A DNA stretch of 64,000 bases from the human T2T-CHM13v2.0 reference genome, Homo sapiens: the NCBI RefSeq assembly GCF_009914755.1, contig NC_060947.1; one strand, given 5' to 3'. Below, one piece after another: positions 33,858 through 48,385 of this stretch (the first letter of the stretch is position 1; the number at the start of each line of letters is the position of its first letter). The notes under the pieces are model-generated. The model had not been told where the DNA came from. It was given only the letters and a program-made list of their open reading frames with translations, and searched no databases. The translations under genes were made by a program, and so were the position numbers.

Positions 33858-35066
33858 ATATTATGGGTGAGATGTCCAACTTTTTAAAATCTAACTTCCC
33901 TGTAATTGAAATTACTATGGACTCAATTTAATTCTTCCTAGACTTATGAAACTATGTTGTTTGGCAAGGTTATGCTAGAATAGAGTGGATTCAAGGGGGC
34001 CACGGTTGAAAAATGGCAGCTAGATCATGAGACTGAAAGTCTTATATCCAATTTTACCCTTGGCATGCTAAATAAGTTTAGTTTAAGCCCACTTGTGCTT
34101 CAGTGCCCACATCTTTAAAATGTAGATTCCAATGCATTTTACAGGTACACTGAGTAGTTTAATTAGATAATGCCTGGCAAGCATTCTGAGCTCCTTGAAG
34201 AAAGGCAAAGACTCTATTGCTACTGGTAAATATTAATTATACATGTTTATATGGAACCTTTAATCTCAAGAACTAAGGGTGCTTAACTACATTCAATGAC
34301 TTGTCTTTGGCATTTGCATATTGTTTCATCTATTTTCAAACACCTTTTTACACTTGCTAAGCACCCCTAGAAAGTTTCCCTTTGAGCTAGAGCTGGTACC
34401 TTTTAGTTTTTAAAGTGTAACTAATAAGTTATGAAGTTTATTTAAACATACCACACACATATGCACACACCACAACATGACATGAGTTTTCAAATGACCA
34501 TTAACTCCTTCAAAATAATTACGCTAAGAGGTTCTACATGTATTCTGATGTTCAGACCTTCCTTAGAATTCTCGAAGGATATCTTTGGAGCTAGTTCATG
34601 AGCCCCACAAGGAATTCAGCCTCACTTGTTTATAATCACACATTGTATCATGGGAAAATGGAGTGCCAGAGATGTTTGACAATGCAAGAGTTGGATTTAG
34701 AAAAAGAAAGTAGAACTGAAGACCTCTCACTCTCTACATTTGGCTGAACCATTAAAAGTAAATTAGTTTGGTCAAATTAGTATAGTCATAGGTCCATTGA
34801 GGCGGGGAAAATGAGTTTAGTCAGAGGCTTCGGTTGGCCAGTTTGTCCAACAGTATCCTCAGCAAGTAGATCAGTATTAGCATCTTTCTTCTGCAAATCA
34901 GAGATTGAGTGATTTGTTCAAGGTTACTCAACAGTGATACAATTTGATTTAATTTACTTAAAGGAATATTAAAATGACTTTACTGCATGGAAAATGTTAA
35001 ATAGAACTAGTGTTTGGTGCTGATTGCAATACAGCAAATACTTTAACATACATTACACGTAGTAGG

Positions 35067-35698
35067 TGCTATGGTGATGTGCCATCAAGATACACACTTC
35101 AGCACTGAAGCACTCATTCCACCAGCTGCTGGGTGTGTTAGTAGCTGATAGGTGACTTTTCTCTGAGAGTTGGCCTCAGCTAAGGAAAGGCACCTCTCTC
35201 AAGGTTACATCCTCTCAGTAGTGTGCTGGGGTTCGCTTTTGCTGGTTCAACTTTCAGAGATTTTGTGAGCCAGTTAACATCATGTTATTAGCTTGAAATT
35301 GACCACTGTGGGAGTGATTACACTATGGAAATCAGCAAACACTACAAATCAAAACTTTTTTCCATCTGAAGATCTGACTGTTAAACAATTATTATTACAC
35401 ACTGTGCCCCTTTCTGTGGGTGAGACTGAACCTAATGACAATTCCACATGGAGGTAGAACAGCCCAGACTCCTTATCTCAATTCTGGACAACTCTGAAGG
35501 GTCATACCAGCTCTAGAGCTCCCCTCTAAGACTGGCTGAGGCCTTTGTTGTGGCTGCACTGCAGTTCAGTTCTCTCTGCCCAATCCTACTGTCTTCTCTT
35601 CCTCACAGGTGTTCTCCTTGAAAATACTCATTCAGTAAGCTTCCTGCACTCAAAGCTCCATCTAACAGGCTGCTTTCCAGGGAAACTGACTTGTGACA
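35067..35698 (+). mobile_element. LTR16-like ERVL LTR with nested MER63A (about 35217-35404)
   Basis: ctcaattctggacaactctgaagggtcataccagctctagagctcc...ttccagggaaactgacttgtgaca. The nested element is opposite in orientation to the copy at 29.1 kb. Confidence 0.6.
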
Positions 35699-38113
35699 CT
35701 GGATTAGAGCCCCCACCTTACCCTGAGATAATTTTTATCCTGGCACTTACAAGATTTATTGCTGTTATTTACCTATATCAGCTTCTACTACCAAACTGTG
35801 AGCTCCTTGAGGTCAGGAACTGTGTCTTATTTATTTCCATATCCTTGTACATATTATGCACACAATGAATGTTGTTTAGATGAATGTTTGTAAACTAACA
35901 GCCTCTTCAGGAAGAGAGCTTGTACACTTGGGTATTTTTTGTGGGTTCCTTGAGATATGAGATATGGGCATATATTGATTGTTAGGATGGAGGAACAATT
36001 GGAAGTGATATTTGCTGGGCAGGTAGATACTGCCATGCCTGTTGTTCATGCCTACTATCATTAACTATGCCCAGTACCTTACCCTCAACCCTAAATCTCT
36101 CCTCTTTATTTTTCTTTCATTGACCCATACTGACCATATTTCAAAGGGTCCGAATTTTTATAACTGAAAAGACCCTTTAAGACCAAGTAGGCCAACCTGT
36201 CCCCATCATTTTATAGAAGAAGAAATAGGAAACTCAACAGGGAATAATCACAGGCTCCTCTATTTTTTGCCTGGCAAGATCTTGCCATTGAACATGATTA
36301 AAGTAGAAAGCATAAATACTGAATTCAAACAACAGCATCTTAATTTAATAGATTGAGTGCTTCGTGAACAGGGATTTGTAGATACATCTGTTCTACAAGA
36401 TAATTTTACTAAATAGTTTTATTATGTTAAAATTACATTCATTAAAATGGGATTTGACCTGTAAGTTGTTGTCAGGAAAGGATTAGTGTACAGAAACCTT
36501 AAATCCTAAACAAGGCCTGGGTCAACAGGTGGTCACTGAATAATACTAATTTGTAAGTTTCCATCCTATCAAGCTACTTTATAGTCAAAACAAGGACCAG
36601 GAAATACACCCTTCTGAGATCGCATCTCACCAGGATATGACACCAGCACTTTCTCTGAGCTACTTGAGCTGTCTAGTGTCTATGTCTTTATATTGTGGCA
36701 CCAACCATAGCAGGCTGTCTAGGACCCTTTCTTTCACTAGCAGCAGGAAATGCCATGAAACTCCGGGAGAAGCCAATTTCCATGTCACTCAATTCCTATT
36801 TCTCTTCCTAAATTAAAATATTATATCAAATATTTTCTTGAGAGAGAGTAACTGTGTTTCTGAAAAGGCAAAGGTCACTTATTTCTCTCAGATTACTGGC
36901 TATGGTGTCCTCCATGGAGGAAACTGGGCCCAGTTTCACACCTTGCAAGATGGAAATGATTCCACTTGCTGCTGCTAAAGGAGTCCTTAGGAGCCATATT
37001 CATATTTGTGAGCCATCGATATTGCTCACAGTCCACAGAGACACCCCCCCATTCTACTGTCTTTGCTCTTTATTGTAACCCCTTTGTGATATTTCCTGCC
37101 ACTGTCATTCATTTGAACAGTTGCTAACAGGGCGGGGAGGGGAGGCAGACCAGAGGAGGAGGGCAGCATGCAGATTTATCCCAAGTCTCATCTTCTCTCA
37201 GGATTCTTTCCTATCTGGCCATATTGTGAAAGAAGCACATTCCTACACTCTCCCTCTCAGTTTTCTCCCACCCAGCCTAATAAATGGCTGTGTAAGAGGA
37301 AGGTGGGAGGCTCTGGAAAGTGCATGTTTCCCAGGCCCCATCCCCAACTGTGACTCAGTGCAGGAGGCTCTCAAAGTAGACTTTTGGAACACTATACTAG
37401 GTGATGTGTGGCTATCTCTATCAGCTAAGGATACCCCACACGTTTTTGGCCATAAGTCCTGAAGCTACCACTTACTTAACTACCACTGGTGTTGAACTGG
37501 TCCAAGTAGCTCAGCATGATGGCACACAAATATAACATTCAAAGACTATTCCATCTGCATCAGACCATGTTTTTTTCCACACTCAAACTTGTATTGCAAT
37601 TTGTACAGCAATGTTGCCTTAACATTGCTGCCCAGCTTGAGATAAGGTTTTATATTTCTCCATACCTTGAAACATATGTTTCCTCCTGTTTTTCCTAAAC
37701 TGCTATGTACATAAGGCCTCTTAAATGCAAGAAGTCTAGATGTTTAGAGATTTCCTCTTGTGTCAAGCCTTCAATAATTTGATCATTAGTGATCATTTGC
37801 CATTCATGAAAGCCAGTTGTCCTCTTGCCATTTATATTTACTTACATTTGGTGTTACATTATACCAAATCCTATACCAAATTCCCTATTGATGCTAAGGC
37901 TCCTAGTCATAGTATTATCAGTATCACTGTTGTTATCAGTATAGGAAAACAGGGCTGACACCTGGTACGTTGAGGCACATAAAAGAATTGTATCTATGGG
38001 TCCAAAAGTTAAGAAAGAAAGGTGGAAGGGCTGAATTATATGCCACATATAGAACACAGGATCTCAAGTGAGTATGCTTCAGGAGGTAGTATAGTATTGG
38101 TCTATCAATAGAC

Positions 38114-38305
38114 CAGTGGTTCTCAGTGTGGTCCGTGGACCAGCAGCAGCAGTGTCACCTGAGAATGTGCAGTATTAGAAATACAAATTCTTGGGCCCCA
38201 CACCAGCATTCCTGAACCAGAAACTCAGGAGGAGGAACCCAACAATCTGTGTTTTAATAAGTCTTCCAGGGGATTCTGATGCCCACTGAGATTTGAGAGC
38301 CACTG
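38114..38305. mobile_element. MER5A inserted in a MIR
   Basis: cagtggttctca...tgagagccactg terminal inverted repeats. Confidence 0.8.
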
Positions 38306-40912
38306 CTTTAGACTACTCCGAATATATATCCTGGCTTTCTCATTCACCAGTTGTATGACATTGGGTAAGTTATTTAACCCCTTTTAGCTTCGGAAGTCTT
38401 ATTCATAAAGTAGGTAAACAATAATTGCCCTTACTTAATAGGGGTGATGCAATAATTGGATGACATAGTCCATACAAAGCCCTTGAAAAATTACTAGCAC
38501 ATAGTAAATTCCCAATAAATATTAACTATTACCATTATTTTTATTGCTATCTTTTTCTTATATACAAGAATCTTCAATAAATGAGAAGAAGCCATTCTGT
38601 CCCAGGCAATAAGATAGCAATCAGGTACCTAATTTTGGAAGAGCAAGAGAAGGCTATTCCAATGGTGTCATATTTACTTAACATCATGTTGTAATGAAGC
38701 ATTCCCAATTTGGAAGGATTGAAAGGAAATCCCAAATGGTCCAACATCCCGGTAAGCCCAGATTGAAAGGATTATACAATCAGCCAAGCACAGGGCTGAT
38801 CAGCAAGAAGGCGAGGAGAAGAGAGGGCTTAGAATAGCCATTTGAAAAGTTCTCTAAAGAGCTGCAGGTAGGGCCTCCTGCTAACCTTCGCAGGAATTAG
38901 AAGAGGAACCCCTCCTGAATGAATGCAACCCTACAGGTGCCCTGCTTGGTAAGTAAATGACCTTTTGTGCCATTGGACAAAAACTTCCAACAGGGTTCAT
39001 GGTTTGAGGAGCAGAGACTGGACTGGATTTTGGCCCTCAAGTCCAATCAGCTAGGTTTCCTTGTGCAGGGCACAACCTACATAACCACACACAGCAGCCC
39101 TGACTATAAATTAAGGCCTTTGTCTTTGATTAATAACTCTCCTATTTGACTTTGTCAAAGCAAAGAAATAGTTGCTCCCAAGGCTTAAGAGAATTGAGTT
39201 GAGAATCTGGGAGAGGCTGAATCCCCCTACTCTGAGACTTTATTTATTCCTTCTTTAGTGTTGATAGTGCTTACACATATGTACTTATTACTGTGAGACT
39301 CACAGGTATTGTAAAACTTGAAAGAAAATGCCTATCTCCTGGATAATCCTGAGAATTAATTGAGATCTATGTGCAAATGCCTTGTAAAATGTAGAGAGCT
39401 GTTTACACGTAAAGTAATAGTATGGTTGCTTTTATTGTCTCTATGGCAGCATATAGTAACACCTCTGCTGTTTTCCCACCCAAGAGTGCATGGCTATTAT
39501 TATTGCTATTATTGCCTACTATTAAATCTATCATTGCATTGATATTATGTAAGTGCAAATTAGACCTGTTTCTGAGAAAGGCGCTTCCTCTAACTCCAGT
39601 AAGTTGCCAATGAGAGTTCCTAATTGGAAATATTAACTTATAAGAACCAGAAGTGTCATACCAGCCAGTAATAGGCTGCTCTTCTCTCCCCTCCCACACC
39701 ATCACTACAACCACCACTGCTACGGCCACGTGGCAATGCCATCACTGCTTTTGCGAACAGATCAGGAAAAAAAAAAAAAAACCTCCCAATTATTCCTACT
39801 ACTTCCAAATATTTCTAGGCCCCTCCAAAGGAAGGGGTCCCTTTCCACTGTATTTTGTATGTCACAAAGTGTCCTCTCTGAAGGTTTGCTTGGGGGTCCA
39901 CAGTGTTAAAAAGTAGCCTCAAATCCAGCCAAGTAGGGAAGAAGTCAGGCTCTGCCTTCCTCAGACCTTCTCAGCTGAGATCACACAAAAAGTTTGTTGT
40001 CTTTTTAGTTCTTCTCAGTCCAGATAGATAACATCCAGGAATACTTAGCAGCCTCAGTCCCAGCAGTTGAGAGGAGCTGGAAAATTAGCTAAAGATTTGA
40101 TCCGGTATGTGCTACGGATGGTGTGTTGCAGTCTTCCTCACTGATGTGTTGACCCAATCTGTACTCACTGGCTTCTGGCTTGGTTTCTCACCAAATCTCC
40201 AATTTTCTAATGGGACAAAAGATGTGGCCTGACCCTTAGGCCACTTAGCTAAAGCTCTGATAATCTATTTTTGTTCATTCTCTGGATCCTGCTTTACATG
40301 TTCCCATGGGTTGGGGCATTGTTTCCAACAAATGATCAAGTGGACAACAAGGGCAAGGTCTATCTTACTTTAACACTCACTCCCCTTCCACCATTCCCCC
40401 TGTCACACCTCACCCACCAGTTGGCATGCCCTCAGATACAGACATGTGCCTGTACCATGTATGGGTATTACACACTCCTTTGAACAAAGCACAGTGAGCT
40501 GCCTGAGGTTGTACTCAGGCCACAGCCCAACCAATGGCTCAGTTCCCCTGCCCCCACCCCACCCACATTCTGACTCATGTCACTGAGGTCCCAGCATGCC
40601 TCATCTGAATCTGCCTATGTTTTGTCAAAAAACAAAGGAAAATCCTGCAGTGCAGAGCTTTTGTCTTCACTCCCTTTAATCTCTCTTTCTGAATCCCTCC
40701 TCCACTTCCTGTTGCTGTCCTTGCTATTCAAGGTCTTCGTTTGCTCCATAACCATCCTCTCTGGGTTTTTTTCTCTGCATCCTCAAAATTTCCATTCCCT
40801 TAGTGAGCAGATCTGTACTGTAATAAAGAAAACAATCTGACTAAGCGAAGTCATATTAAAACAATGGGAACTTAAAGCAAGAAATATTTATTTGATTATT
40901 ATTAAGTGAAAG

Positions 40913-41090
40913 CAGCATTTCTCAACTCTGGCTGCACGTTACAAGCGCCCGGGAAGCTATTTAAAATACCTTTGCTGGGACCCACCACAGACCAATTCTA
41001 GTAGAATTTCTGGAGGTGGCGCTGTGGCACCAGTATTCTTGAAAAGATGTCCAGGTAATTCTAGCATGCAGCCACACTGAGAACCCTTGA
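40913..41090. mobile_element. MER5-family MITE (a similar copy lies at about 22560-22735)
   Basis: cagcatttctcaactctggctgcac...gcagccacactgagaacc. Confidence 0.65.
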
Positions 41091-42704
41091 CGTAAAGGAA
41101 TCTCTAATGGTAGGGCAATAATATGTGCATTTGCTCCCTCCCTGCCTCAAAGGGGTTGTGGGTGGTTAGCACTCAATCCTAATTCTTCTCAGTCTGGCAG
41201 CCCAAAGAGCTTCAGGGCCTGGATTTATTTAACATTTTATGGTAGAGGCCAAAATGTCATTTCAAAGTATACAAATGGGTGGGATGTGAAACATTCATGG
41301 AATATAAACTTGCAGGAGACATTGGGCTTCAAGAAGATTTGTAACCTATTATAAAGTTATGATACTAAATATATTAGCCTGTTTCTGGCATGGCTCCTCC
41401 TGCAAATGATTTTATGTCTTTCAAAATAATTCTATGCTCTGCTTTGAAAGTATCAAGCTCTATTATGAAGTAATCAGAGCCATACTGATTGCTAAACATC
41501 ACGGAATCTTGTCAACTGGAGCTGGAGGCAGATTACTGTAGTTCTGGAACTAAAAACTCCTCTTGCCCTCATCCTCTTGTGATCATCATAATTAAGGTCC
41601 AATACTGAAGCCACTTGAAACTTAAAACAGGCTTCTGATTATAGGCCAGGCCTAAGCTGGACCATTCTCTAACAAACATTTCCTTAACAATGGTTAAGGA
41701 AATGACTGGGACCAGGACTAATCCTTGAAGGAATCAGTTTGTCAAATAGTTTCTGAGATATCCATCCTAAAGTGGTGGAGTGGCTGCAGTGGGGGAATGA
41801 GCAGCGTTCCCATGAATCATAGCCATCTCCAGAGGAAGGTAAAATGGAGGTTAAAAAATTGGAATAGAAAAAATCAAAACTAGGTGTCACAAGGGCTTGC
41901 CATAAGTGTGAGTAAAAGAGATCTGATTCAAGAGGACCAGAAAGGGCCCCCTTTTGCCAAAATGCACCCAACTAACTTTGAGAATGATAGCTTTAGTGGG
42001 TCAAGTCCTTTGCTTCACATTTTGTCTATCGTCTCTGCAAGAATCGTCTTTGAACATTAAGCTTCCATTGGAAGGGGAAACTTAAAATTTAGACAGTCTT
42101 TTCATTTTAATATGCTTTCATTCATCAGCTAGGTGCCCCCCATATCAACTAACTGTGTGCTGCAAAAAGAAAAGCCCTGCTTTGAGAAAAGGCAGAAGGT
42201 ATGGACATTTCGGAGTCCACAGAAGACAGATTCTAAGTAAGTGTCCCACAAGGACACTGGGTACCGTTGAAGGAAAGTATCCAGAAGGGAGTCAAAAGTA
42301 AATCTCTCCTCAGTGACTAGAACAAACAAAAATGAAGCCATAAGAAGACCCGCGCCTCCCCATACCATTTTGGCACTTTCGAAGCTACCAAGGTCCTAAG
42401 GGCAGAAAGAAAGGATGTATGGCTACAGTGCTCTTGACACCATTCTTCACTCAGGCGCTAAGAGCAGGCACTAGCATTCACAGGCATATGAAGCACAGAG
42501 TTCTTTGTACTGTTATTCAGTTCATAAAATAGGCTCTGTTGAAGCAGGGCAGTCTTGGGACCTGTGTGTGAGTGAAAAAGGGCAAATGTGTAAAGAAATG
42601 GGAAGGGATGTGCTACCCTAGGGTGTGAGGGTAGGAAACCTTTTGGAGATTGTAATCTCTTTCCCTGAAGTCACGTTTAAATTTCAGCGGGAGAAAGCAC
42701 TCAC

Positions 42705-43434
42705 TGCGAATTCTGTCTGCCTGGTGAATCCTCTGGAGGGCTTTCCGCATGCTTTGGCTGTCTTGTCCTGTGGTCAGGACGACCCCTACAGGTAAGCCGT
42801 GGCTCCGAAGAGCACTTGCGACTCGATTGGCTGTATGCACCCAAATGTCTTCATCTGAGGAAATGACTCCAGCATGAGCCCACTGGAAATATTTCATGAC
42901 AGTTACAAGCACCCGGATGGGAGAAGGGAGTGTCCGAGAAAAGGTCGGGTAGCTAATTTTATTGTCTAATTCATAATTCACACAAGCCCAAGAGAAAATT
43001 CCTTTGTCCCAGCTGTTTCCCAGGAGCGAGGCTGCCTCGCAGTAGCCAGGGTTGGTAGGTCCAATAAATCCTGAGGCCATCTGGTGGTGGGAAATGAAAC
43101 TGGAGAGAGCCCTCGAAGTCTGGCAGTCTTCATTGAGAATCACGTATTCAAAAGAATAACTCAGGTCAAAAGATGGGTCCCGGTTGATTCGCTCAATGGC
43201 TAATCGCGCAGCAACCTCAGGCAGGGCCTTTGAAAACAGCGAATCACAAGCCCAAGGGCCCACCACCCCTATCTTGTAGGGGAGTGTCCACACCTGCTGC
43301 GGAAGGGACATGACAGACAGAAGGCACAAGCACCACAGGAACTTGGCAGATGCAAGGCCATGGTGTCCCAGCAGTTTCCTGAAAGCCGCAAACCAGAGAA
43401 CAAGGCGAGAAAAGCGCCCGAGTCCCAGGAACAT
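42705..43434 (-). CDS. GUCY2F: GUCY2F first coding exon (exon 2): signal peptide and start of the extracellular domain, codons 1-243 plus 1 nt
   Basis: Translation MFLGLGRFSRLVLWFAAFRKLLGHHGLASAKF...YKIGVVGPWACD...HQADRIR matches the recalled RetGC-2 N-terminus. ATG at 43434, donor CGCA|GTGAGT at 42705/42704, 730 nt. The exon starts at acceptor tgattgacag|G (43519), giving 85 nt of 5'UTR. Confidence 0.98.
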
Positions 43435-43939
43435 AGCCCTCCTGCTTCCAGCAAGCTAATGACGAGATACTGGAGAGTTATTCTGCTTTCCCGACACAGA
43501 CGGTGGTGTTTCCAAATGCCTGTCAATCAGAGGAAAAGGTTTGTTACTCACATTATTTCTGAAGCTTCTGGAAATCATCGGTTGTGAAAGAATGGCAAAA
43601 AAAAAAAAAAAATGGCAGTGCCCAAACTAAAAGTTTCTTTCCCCCATCCTGACAAAACTCCTCCTCTTCCTGTACCCCGTATCTCAGTACATGGCACATC
43701 CATCCACTGTTTGCCCACTTGCTTCTTTCAGAAAACTGGAAATCACTGAGACTCCTTCTCTTCCCCCACATTCAATCTATCACCAATTCCTATTTATTCA
43801 ACTTCAGTAATAGCTGCCCACCTTACAGTGTTTTGAAAATTACATGAGTTAACACACGGCAAGTGCTTATAACAGAGCCTGGCAAGTCATTGGCATTATA
43901 TTAGACATAGTATCATTATTATAGTTTTCAATATGTCCA

Positions 43940-44219
43940 TTTTTCTCTCCCATACAGCTCTCTTGGAGAGAAATAGATGTAAACAGATAATAACAATGCA
44001 GAGTAAAAAGTGCTATGATTGAGGTAGCCCAAACAGAGAGACAGAGAGGATCACCTAAACCCAGATTTCAGGGGAGGAGAGAAGGGAGGAAGAACAGTCT
44101 CTCTGGATTGAGTACTGAAGAAAAGTTAGCCAGGTGAATGAAGTTGCAGGAGTAGTTTGGTGCTAAGATGCTAAGAGCCTTCCAAACAGAAGGAACAACA
44201 TGCAGAAAGACCCAGAGGT

Positions 44220-44268
<49 letters not shown>

Positions 44269-45130
44269 CAGACTATATATATATGTGTGTGTGTATATAT
44301 GTGCGTGTGTATATATATGTGTATATATATATGTGCGTGTATATATGTATGTGTGTGTGTGTATACATATATATATGGATTCTTAGAATTCTAAAGCATT
44401 TGTTCTGCTTGAGTCTGTGATGTCAGACAAGGCAAGGGCCAGATCACCAAGATATGCCATGATTGAATACTGTACCCAATGGTTTTAAGCAGGGAAATAG
44501 TATTATCAGATTTCCATTTTAAAGGATCTCTCTAGCAACAATGTGGAGAATGAGTTGGAAGAAAGCAAGACTGGAGGCAAAGAGACCAGTTTGGAGTCTG
44601 TCACAATAATCCATATGAGAAATGATGACAGACCAAGAGAGTGGTAGTGAAGACCTAGAGGAATGGGATCATCTCCTCCAAGATTAAAAATATCAAGATT
44701 AAGAAAACAGAAATAACAAGAACTTGGTGACTGACAAGATATAGAAGGTAAGTGAAAAGAAAGGAGGACTCTAGGATGATTTTGAGCTTTTCAGACCTAG
44801 GAAACTGATTGGAAAATGGCACAAGTCTCTGAGATAGGAAACACTGGAGGAAGGAGGTGGGAGAGACGATGCATTCTGATAGAGATCTTGAATTGGCCAA
44901 CAAGTGGCAATATCCAGTAGATAACAGCACATACTGGAGGGCCTAGGAAAAAAATAGAAAGCTGAACAAGAGTTATAAATTCTTAATAGAAAGCTGAATA
45001 AGAGTTATAAATTTGAGTGTAATCAATTGATAGAGGGTAATTTAAAACATGCCTTTTGTGGAGTAAAGAAAGAAGACAAAGGACAAAACCCTGAGACCCC
45101 ACAACACTTAAAGATAGGTCACAGAGATGT
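43940..45130. mobile_element. L2 remnant (further L2 fragments near 23.1-23.5, 35.8 and 60.4-61.2 kb)
   Basis: ggttttaagcagggaaatag...gactggaggcaaagagaccagttt...gatgattttgagctttt, typical L2 motifs. Confidence 0.6.
44222..44377. repeat. Compound STR (AGAT)11(AGAC)2 followed by mixed (TA)/(TG)
   Basis: Read directly. Confidence 0.95.
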
Positions 45131-48100
45131 TAATAAGGAGAATCCTTAGTAAATCCTTAATTCTAATCAAAGATCAAAATAATGGCATAGCTTTCTTCAG
45201 GGCTGATAATCAGCGCTGGTGTGCACCAATCAGGCCAAACTGGTTGTTTATGGGCAGCAACAATTCTGTCTGTGCCAGCCCTGTTGGTTATTATCTTGAC
45301 TCTCACTCCTAATTTTATGAGAAACCTTGACTCCTGAAGAGACCAATCTGAGGCATATCTAGTGAATCTTAAAGACCTACCACAAATAGTATGCCCCAAC
45401 ATTCGTATATTGGTGAAAGCTGATTTGAATGAGAGTCAAGAAAGTCTTGGGGGAGCAAACAGTTCACAAAACAACATAAGCCAGTGGCTGAGGGGTGTGT
45501 GGGATGGGGGAGGACTTCTAACTTTGCTTTGGGGACAGTGGAAAGATGATTCTGAGCTGATTATATGCATAAGAGCCTCAAATTTATTCCTAGGCCCTCA
45601 AAGATAATCCAGTCTAACCTGCCTCCAAAAAATTAGATCTATTCTGTGCACTATGTTGAATGCATGAGAGTGAGATACAGGATGGATGAAGTGTGAGGTG
45701 TTGACTCAGGCTTCAAAGAGCTCCCAACCCAGAGCTGAGCTCTAGTCAAGAGCCACAAGCTTCTCTTCCAGCTTCTTCCAGCCTCCCTCTTTTCTCTGCC
45801 ATGGCAAAATTTGGGAGGCAGGACACTGTAGGAGCCACTCATCTGGAGTAATATGGGAAGGATCTCTATTTCTGGTCTGTATTGTGACAAGGATATTGAA
45901 CTACATTATCTCTCTGTCCTTATAGGCCTCACTCTTTTGACCACTAGGAATGTGCAACAGTGAGGACAGCTCTATATGGGAAACAAAACCCTATTCACAG
46001 CAACAGGGCAAGAAAGCCGACATACTGCCTCTTCTTCCCCAAACACACTAGTTTCATGGGTTCCTTCCCAGTATCTGTGCATTTAATCCAGAAATTAGCA
46101 CTTAGACTAACAAAGTCTAAGATATACTGAGTTCTTGCTGTGTGTCAAATGCTGGGCTACACTCTTTCCATGTATTGTCTCATTTTAAAAACTGAATTTA
46201 AAAAACTCATCACAGTCCTTTGAAGTAGGTGTTATTATCATCACTATTTACAGATGATGAAACTGAGGCTCAGAAAGGGTAAGTAACTTGCCTAAGGGCA
46301 AACCACGGTAGAATGGAGATTTGCACCCCAGTTGATTGAGCCCTGTGCTAGATAGAAGTTCTGCAGATAGCCCCTCATCTATGAAGTCAATGAGACTACC
46401 ATTATTATACCTGCTATGTTACTCAAACTGAGTTCGAATCATTCATTTGCAGTTTAAAGAAGTTCCCCAGTCACCCATGAAAGAATAAATTAGGTAGAGT
46501 TGGGGAGGGGCAGAGTAAATTGGGAGGAGCCACCAAGAAATTCATTATCCAACCAGAAGTAATTTGCTACTAGTGTTCAAGCCTAGCCCTGGGACTGCCC
46601 ACTGACTCCTCACTCAGGGCACAGTGCTGCACAGCTGGGGGTGGGGAGCACCAGTTCCACTGTATTCTATGTAAAGCTAATCCTAATCTTTGAGAATGGA
46701 AATCTTGAGGGTACACCCTTCAGCATATTAGCCCCAATTTTCAACTTCCTCATCTGCAAAGTGGGGGTAAATTTAATTTAATCATTTTGAGATAAAGAAG
46801 TAAATAAATTAGAATACTAAGTGCACAGTTGTCTTTCAATAAACACTGGTTCTTCCTCCCTATTTGGAAAGAGGACTGCACTGGGAATCAGAAGGCCAGG
46901 GTCCTGGACCCAATTCTGCACCAACTCACCATGTGACCTGAACAGATTGTTGCCTACTCTAGGTCTCTCCTTTTTCCCCTTTAGCTGGACTAGCAGATCA
47001 GCAAGTCCCTTTATTCTCTGACCTCCATCCATCCTGGGATTCTGTACTTTGTCTAGGCAGTTACTTTTCTAAACCTCTGCACTTTGAAACTGCTGAGTTC
47101 ATTCAACATTTTCTAGCCTTTGCTGCTCTAATTAGCTTCTCACTGGAGTTGGATTCCCCCAAAGTACTTGCTTCTATCTGGTAGATCCAGTTCCTGATCA
47201 TTTTTAATTTTGGCCTGGAATCCTCTGTCAAGCTTCTGTGATGTGAAGACCCCACTCCCCGACAATGCTGGAGTTATGCTACACTGAAAACCTGGGCTCC
47301 TAAAATCACTGGTTATCTTATTATCATTAATAACAAACACACGTTGAGAAGTTGGTCTGTGCTAAGACTAACTACAAAAAAAAAATGGGAGAGTATAAGG
47401 GCCTGGCCAAGAAATCTAAACAAGAAAAGCAAGCATGTACCTCAGGAGGGAGAAAACCAAGTTAGTAAGTTCCCTGCTTGCTTTTGCTTAACATTAAATC
47501 TCCAGTGCCCTTCGCAGTGCCTGACACATAGTAGGTGCGCAAAAAATATATGTTGAATTAATACTGAAGAGGAGATATGGAGCACAAATAAAATGTTTTG
47601 TATTACCATGTTATTTAAAATGCTCTATTTTAGGCCTTAATCAAGACCCACCTTTGGCAAAATTATCAAGGGGTAAAGTTTGTCTTCAGACTTCTAGCAC
47701 AGCTCTCTCTGCCCTCTCGTTAATGGAGAGAAAACAACTCTAAAGAAAGAAACTCTTTAAATGATTTGCACTAATATGTAAATGAATGATAATATTTGAC
47801 ACTTTCCTGTATTCCTCCCCAACCAGTGGTGTTTGTTCTCTCTTAAGGGCTGGGGAGAAGTTTATGCCAAAATAATTAATCTCTAATAATATAATGTCTA
47901 TTTCAAGCATCAGTTGCAGGTAGGCAAAGGAGGATGGACTACTTTTTGAGCAAAAAAATGAAGAAACTTTTGGTGCCCCTCAGATCAAAGTGATTAACTG
48001 TCCATTCTAGGTGTAAGGCTGGCATTTTTGTGTTATAATCCAGGTAACTCCTAAGCACAATGCCCACCCCAAATTCTAAAAAGTTAGATTTTTTATACCA

Positions 48101-48385
48101 TTTCTAAAATTCATACAACACGGGTCCCTCCTCAGGCCACATGCCACAAAGTGTCCCTTGGCATTCACTCTCAGTTTTTGTTGCTCTTTTCCCTTTGTTA
48201 ACTGCAAGATAAACATTTCCCAAGCTGAAGGTCTGCCCTTACATTTTTTCTGGTACCGATGTGATGCATTTGGTGATATTTCTAACTCTGTTAGGACTCC
48301 CTGGACAACCAGAAAGTTTTATGTTGCTGTAGGATTTAGTCTTGATCCCCCAACTCAAGATTTTACAGAAGGAAACTTATTCTTT

